Positions 56,900 to 64,000 of a stretch of 64,000 nt of DNA are shown piece by piece. Each line of letters begins with the position of its first letter. The first letter of the stretch is position 1. Source of the DNA: the human T2T-CHM13v2.0 reference genome, Homo sapiens; assembly GCF_009914755.1 (NCBI RefSeq), contig NC_060927.1. One strand, written 5' to 3'. The notes beneath the pieces were generated by a model. That model was given only the letters and a program-made list of their open reading frames with translations, searched no databases and had not been told where the DNA came from. The position numbers and the translations under genes are program-made.

Positions 56900-57720
56900 G
56901 GAATATCATCTTCTAGGTTCTATATACTTATACATAATATGAGTAGTTTCATATTTTACATAAAGTTCTAATTTTTGCCTTTATCTTTTAAAACGCGCCT
57001 TGGAGATCTTTTCGTATCAGTACATTTATATTGATTTTATTCAATAGAACCACTTTCTAATATTTGTTTAATCATAGCGTTTTCATTGTTCCAACAATTT
57101 GCTCATTAAATAATGATGCAATTAATTTTCTCATGTGTCTCATTGTGTACAAATGCAAGGAATTACCTATGCTGTATATATTAGAAATGCAGTAAATGAT
57201 TTTCCCACATTAAAATTATACAGGAAATTACCTCCAAGTGAATGTGTCACTTCCTCCCTCCTCCCAATTTCACAAGGCATTAGACTAATGCTTTTCCTCA
57301 AATTCACCAATAATGGATATTTTTTATCTCTCCGTCTTGGCAATTTGAAAGTTTAAGTATATTCTCCAAAACCTCAGCAGCTATACAAGATATGACCAAT
57401 CTCTTTATATTTGAACTGTAAATATTAAAATATTTTGTTGTCATTTTGGTTTTGTATTGCTGATTTTGATGAGATAAAGGTGCTTTTCTTATACTTATTG
57501 ACCATTTATGTTTTTTCCACCATGAGTTGGTTTTTGTATTTTGCACATTTTTTGAGATCTTTAGCATTTCCATAATAAATTCTAGGGAGTCTTTGTGGAT
57601 TCTGGATTTTGCAAATATTCTGAATAAATATTGCAAATAGTGTTGTCTCTTCCTTCAAATTTAGTTTACTGTATCTTTCGTATAAATACATTTTTATTAC
57701 ATGTTAATATTCATCAGTAA
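56900..57720 (-). mobile_element. Ancient L1ME-like 3' fragment
   Basis: Degenerate antisense ORF2 end (ggattttgcaaatattct, ttgcaaatagtgttgtctct, cttattgaccattt). Confidence 0.6.
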
Positions 57721-57772
57721 TTTCTTCTATTTTCTATATAAATAATTATAGAATAAATGCTTAATCAAAATC

Positions 57773-58111
<339 letters not shown>

Positions 58112-58749
58112 CTATTAAAAGAAAAATGAAAACTGTTCTAGAATAAAATCAAATAAGGCGACTATCCTTGAATAAAGGAAAACAACCAGTTTTTGGCCTT
58201 AACCATTTGAAGGCTCTGCATGTAATTGTTTAGACAATGCGGATAAGGCCAAAATGAATCGAAAGAGAACTTGAACAGGTGTTTAAATATATCTGCTTTC
58301 ATTTGTAATGGTCAAGAGACAAGACCTCTTATTCTAACTTTGTCTTGTAATTTATTTATATTTATCTTAGAAATATAAAAACATTGAACTCTCTTAAGAG
58401 TTCAAAAATTAAAAGCAATTAGAGCTTGTATTTTAAAAATAGCACTGACAAATTAGAGTCATGGTAATGCTTAAATGGCTCTTTTAGGATGTAAAACTTT
58501 GCATACTTTGTTGTTAAATAGCTGATTTAATGCTAAAATACATTTCTGTTTTAAAACTCTTGTAATCTCATGCATCAATTGTTTAAGTTCCACTAATGCA
58601 ATAAATAGAAGAATAAAGTATTTGTTGAGATAATGAAATTCTGATTTAAAATATACCAGTGATTTTCTTTGGACCTTGAAGAGACCGCTTATAAATTATA
58701 CAGCAAAATTAGTTTTATTCATATTTAAAATTTAGGATATGGATAGAAG

Positions 58750-58940
58750 CATGGTTTGGGGCAGGGACAGATCACTTTAAGAAAGCCAGGTCTGCCATTT
58801 GGGCAAGTTATTTAACCCTCTCAGTCTCATTTCCTTTATTTGTAAAATGGAGATAATAATAACTTACATTATAGCACAATTTGGAGGATTAAGATGCACT
58901 TAGAACAATGCCTGATGCATAATAATAAATGCTAATTATT
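58750..58940 (+). mobile_element. MIR SINE
   Basis: tgggcaagttatttaaccctctcagtctcatttcctttatttgtaaaatggagataataata. Confidence 0.82.
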
Positions 58941-60609
58941 CATATATTTATTAATTTGTTTTAAAATTGGTTCTCTTATTTTGTTGCATCAACATTTAAA
59001 GGATGATTTACTTTAAAAGCTATTTCTATTAATTATAAAATACCATTTGGCAATTGACAAACTTTTCCATGTCTTCTGATGAACCAGAGTACTGGACTAA
59101 GGAAAAACAAAACAAAACAAAACACCATTACTAAATTAAATTGACCTGAATTCTAAGTAAAGGGTAAGTTTTGACAGGAGATAAGTTCATATAATTTCAC
59201 TTACTGTTCAGTCAGTTTTGTTAGTTCTCGCAGAATTAGACAATTTTGCTCTTGCCTTGGTGTGAATAACTAATTGCAGTAATTAACCTAACTTTAAAAT
59301 GCACATGCAAGTGGCTTCCAAATTTTCTTTAAGGCCTTAACCCTCAAAGTATCTAAAACATCCATCCCAACTGGAATGATCTACTTAGGTCATCTCTGAA
59401 TGACAGGTGGTCTAATGCAAAAACTAACGAATCTCTGAACACTGGGGTAAAACAGATTATAAGCCTACATTTATCCTTAAGAAGTAATTCAGAAAGATAT
59501 TTCAAAGCTTATCAATATTATGTTGGATATATTTTTTCTTTTATTATTCTATTCAAGATATAATTTTTCTATGTAAGGAGTTACACTATTTCTATACGAT
59601 ATATATTAGAGGTAATTTTGGAGCTATGATTGTGTTAGAATAATAGAGAAAAATGGCTAATAGGGGATACTTCTGACTTCCATATGAATTTAATTTGTGA
59701 GATCTTTGCTCTCCAAGAAAAAGTAAACTTCTTCCAGTCATTTACTCTAGAGCCATACTCCGTCCCCTCAGAGTTGGGGAGGGTAATTTTCCAGTGTCTA
59801 TCATGTGTGGCATCACGTTTCCCATTACTCCACCTCTCTAGTGAGGCTCAAAAACTTGACACAACATGACTAACAGGATGATGGTTGAAGATGTGGAGGG
59901 CTGAAGGGACTCTTACTCATTAAAAAGGAGTAGAGAAAGAAGAATGTGGAATAACATGCCTTGATAAGATGACTCAACTTAAAACACACCAGTTTGAAGA
60001 ATGAGGAGGACAACATAACAGCGATAATTAGGTTGGAACAAAGAAATCTGTTGAGAGAAAAGGAGATCTCTCAAAACCTTTATGAGAAATTCTTCATCAG
60101 GAAAAGAAAACTGTTTTGAGTTAGAAGAAAAAAATGTTTTAAAGTGAGATATGTTGATTCTTTTCTCTGATTTAAACCTATTATTGCTAGTGGGAAAAGC
60201 AAGTAACAAGGAAAGCTGCAAAATCTAGGGAAATGACAAGAATTTACATGAGTCCACAGCACAGTTGTTTCAGGGCAATTTTTTTGCCGGTTGTTTATCC
60301 ACTAGTATTCTGAAAGGTGATATGATTCATCTTTGAAAAGAAGTTTGTGTGAATCATGTTTTACAGTCTCTTTATTTGTAATCTGTGAATTTGCCCTTTC
60401 ATCTGACACCATTGTTACTTCGAATAGGGAAAAAAGCAAAAGTTTCTAGGGTTGGAAGGATAGAATGTTAACAAATGGAGAATCTCAGCAAGAACTCTTG
60501 CTTTTATAAGAACTAGGACTATTAAAATATCATGGTTTATTTAAGTGAGTGTGAAGACTGAAGTAGAAGTCTGACTTTAGAAACTGCAGAAAAATAGAAG
60601 AGGTAATTT

Positions 60610-61635
60610 GTATTAGTCATTCATAGTCCTGATAGAAGACAGATAGCAAAATCTAATCTAAAAATTAATATTTAATAAACGAACTATTTGTGAAGATATT
60701 ATAAGATTAATAAGAACTATCAAGATTATCTAAATTATTTGGAGCTGAAATCACCCTTTGGCTTGAGAAACAATGGGGGGGAACAGTCATTGAGACCCAG
60801 AAAGAGAAGCTGTAGCTGTAATACATGCATTCCTCACTGAAAGAAGCTGTGGCCTTTGGCAGAGAGACACGGCCATACTGTGATGACCCTGCAGGGAGGG
60901 AGGGAGTAGAAATAAATATTTTCCAATTCTTCTATTGGGGCCAGAAAACAATGCTCCCAAAATATGATGCTTTGGCATGCTGCAAGGACTTCTTGACCTC
61001 TTCCCATCCCCACCGCCAACACAGGGTGAAATTCTATGCTAATATTTCCTTATCTACCTTAAGTCCAGACTGCCAAAGAGAACACAATTGCTTCTATCCC
61101 CTTGCTGAAATGTCATATTATCTATCACATCAAAGAAGACAGTAATGTAATCACATTTAGATGAACTTTGTTCAAATTCCAAAGAGAATCATTTACAAGC
61201 TAATTTGTGTCTTCTGAGTTCATTCATTCCCCCTACAAATTGCCCCCTACCCCTTAAAATTACACTTCCCCCTATCTCCTTTCCCTCTGTAAAGAAGGGT
61301 ATATAAGCATCTGGACCTCAGCAGGTTATTCTGTAATCATGCTCTTGTGATTCCCTTTTGCTTATACACATTGAAAACATGTGTATGCCTTTTTGTCCTA
61401 TTAATCTGCCTAGTGTCAGTTTATTTTCAGTGAACCTTTAGAGGGCAGAGGGGAAGTTTTCTCTGAGCCCTACACTCACATCTCTTGCCAATGCTTCCCA
61501 TACGTTAAACAAAATTGGAAACCAGAAGTTAAGAGAGCCCTTTCATGTAGTCCACAGAGTTAGCTCCACATGACACAGAGAATAATGGTGGAGTGATCAA
61601 GCAGATCTTGAGAGAAAACAGAAAATATACAGAAA
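60610..61635 (-). mobile_element. LTR33-like ancient ERVL LTR, interrupted by a MER39-like LTR
   Basis: cttgccaatgcttccca...ggaaaccagaagttaagagagccc...tgtagtccacagag...gatcttgagagaaaacagaaaatat resembles antisense LTR33. Confidence 0.6.
60933..61474 (+). mobile_element. MER39-like ERV1 solo LTR
   Basis: tattggggccagaaaacaatgctcccaaaatatgatgctttggcatgctg...ttcagtgaacctttagagggcagaggggaagttttctctgagccctaca. Confidence 0.75.
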
Positions 61636-62723
61636 ATATAAACCAAATGTCTAATGATACACAGCCAGGATATACTGTTATTGAAGAATTTTTTTTCTTT
61701 GATAGGTGTCCTTATAGGTGTTGAGAACACAAAGGTGAAAAAGTAAATCATAGCCCCTGCCTTCCTCAGAGCATGTATTTAATATAATGTGTGCATGTAC
61801 CTATGTGTGTTCACACTTGTATCATTTACCTGGATAATATACATGCATGTAGCCAGATAAAATCTTGAAATAAGTATTTTTATGTTTTTCATTCTCATTC
61901 ACGATTCACAAATCTTCCTCTGGTAGACAGAAAAAATTATCATGCCTGAAGGCAGATTAGATGTGTTACAGCAGGAATACAGGGAGGAAGCTAATATATG
62001 GTTTGTTTTTGTTTAATTCCTTTTTTATTTTTAAGCAAGGAATTGAAATCAAAAGGGGAAGATACTGAGGGGAGAGGAGATTTCAGACAATGTCGTAACA
62101 AGATAGGAATACAAAAAATGGGAGATGAAAACAACTTGGCCCTTACCATTACTCCCAAAATAGGTTCCCAGGGCTGTAAAGAGAGTGACATGATGGTAGA
62201 TCCTGACCACTAAAGAGAGATGGAAGGAGTAGAAATAAATATGTTGAGACAGCTGAGCACATTTTGGTCAGTGCCAGGATTCTTCCTTTATACTGAGCAT
62301 GACTGTAGACCATGTTTTATCATTCAAGTGAACATATAGCATCCTCCTTGTGAGAACACAGAAGCCAGTTATATAGTTGTTGGGTGAAGATTTTAGTAGC
62401 TCCCTATATTTTTGCTGCCTGTGGGGCCTGATTATTGCCTGGCAAAAAAAAAATTTCTTTATGTCTTCTGAAATTTTGCTCAGCACTCATCAACTCTTCT
62501 TTATGTCAGTAGTCCAAAAATTTTCCAAAACATCAGATGAAGTTCTTGAAGCACTCATGAATGAACAGTAATAATATAACGTTTAGTTGTATGTGTTAAT
62601 TTGACTTGGCTAAGGAATGCCCACAAAGCTGGTAAAACATTATTTCAAGGTATGTCTGTGAAATGTTTCTGTAAGAGAGTAACATACGAATTGGTCGATA
62701 GAGCAAAAGAGATCTGCCCTTCC

Positions 62724-63363
62724 TACCAAGAAGCGCAGGAATCCTTCCTTCTTAGTTTTACGTGAAAGAAAATTCAGCAAAGGGACTAATTTAGCTTTAA
62801 AAAAAGGAGAGGGAGTTCATTGAAGGAAAATAGAGGACAGAGAGTTTACTTAGAGAGTACACTCTGAAAACATGAAGCAGAGTGGGCTGCTGAAAGGGAG
62901 TGAGCCAGCAGCACCTTGCATTGGGTTTTCATATCGAATTTTTTCTTGAAGTTCCCACCTCTGTCTTAAAGTCTCTGCCTTTTTTTGGTCTAGTTTTTCT
63001 TCTCTTGCCTTAAGTCCCCATGTTTTCTTCCTCCTAGTTCCCACCACAAGCTTGTGGTATGCTCCCTTAGTGCACATGCATGGCCTGGTGTTGGATCAAA
63101 TCGTGCCTGCATATTTCTTAGGAATCTTCTCCTTTGCCCTCTTTCCCTAATTAGCAGGCACCTAGTGACATTCTGACGTTGTAACTGCAGAGTGAATAAT
63201 TACTGGGCCTCTTAATGGGCATTCCTTCCTGCAAATGTATTTCCCCTCCTCTCTGCCTAGCATGCATGTTCTGGGTGGTCGCTGGAGTCTGAGATTATCT
63301 AGACCTCCATTTTCTCAGGGGCTCCTCGCTTCTCCTATGTCTCACTCTCTGCCTACTCTGACA
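62724..63363 (-). mobile_element. ERV1 solo LTR (MER66-like) nested in MLT2
   Basis: About 640-bp insert ending ctgcctactctgaca; agtacactctgaaa, gagtgggctgct and tagtgcacatgcatg resemble antisense MER66-group text. Confidence 0.6.
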
Positions 63364-63693
63364 CTCTCACCAATGTGGATAGGCATCATCCAATCCACTG
63401 AGGGCCTCAACAGAACAAAAGAGCAGGAGAAGCCCAAATTAATCTCTCTACTTGAGCAAGGACATTCATCTTCTCCTGCCCTTGGCTACCAGCACTCTTG
63501 GTTCTGGGGCATGCAAACTCAGACTGAGAGTCACACTATTTAACTTCCCTGATTCTCAGGCCTTTGGATTTGGGAACTGGAATTACATCACTGGCTTTCT
63601 CAGTCGTCCATCTTACACACAGAACATCATGGGACTTCTCAGCTTCCATAATCAACTCAGCCAACCCTTATAGTAAGTTCTTCTCTGTATATC

Positions 63694-63748
<55 letters not shown>
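63694..63748. repeat. (GATA)13 tetranucleotide microsatellite within MLT2
   Basis: Uninterrupted GATA run of 55 nt. Confidence 0.97.
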
Positions 63749-64000
63749 GGATGTACTGTTGGTTCTTTCTCTGGAGAACCCAGAGTAATACAATATGGAA
63801 AAAAACCTTTTCAGCTGCAGAAACTCCCCAGTTTGGAGAGGCATGTGAGAGGGTATATGTAAAATAACTGTTGATGCTGAGAATGTGGCATCCTTAGAGT
63901 TTCGGAAATTGTAATTACATATATAATTTAGTTAATAGAAATTGTATGTACTTTTTCTTGCTTTTTAGTTGTCATATTTCTAGAAAACATCTTTATTATT

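Larger units (their letters stand above)
62577..63792 (+). mobile_element. MLT2 (ERVL) LTR, interrupted at about 62724-63363
   Basis: atgtgttaatttgacttggctaagg...gctggtaaaacattattt...gatctgccct, resuming at caccaatgtggataggcatcatccaatc and ending ctctggagaacccagagtaataca. Confidence 0.85.

Overview
AT-rich, repeat-dense primate (human or great-ape-like) non-coding DNA. I can support no cellular protein-coding exon, tRNA, rRNA or CRISPR array. The only meaningful ORFs are transposon-derived: a young L1PA2/3-like LINE-1 with a twin-priming 5' inversion (about 47827-52544, including an open 689-aa RT segment) and a near full-length dead Hsmar2 mariner. The rest is layered mobile-element debris: a truncated THE1 element, solo LTR12 and MER9 LTRs with perfect target-site duplications (TSDs), MER34/MER39/MLT/LTR33-type LTRs, Tigger2b, five Alus, old L1M, MIR/L2 and microsatellites. 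The least-explained signals are a 118-bp near-perfect hairpin at 35997-36114, a probable 23-nt 3' transduction on the young L1, a second older twin-primed L1 at a host-L1 deletion junction, a template-switch palindrome in Tigger2b, and two candidate regulatory motif clusters. I see no convincing evidence of a new multi-gene system. Repeat subfamily names come from recalled consensus sequences, not from a search.
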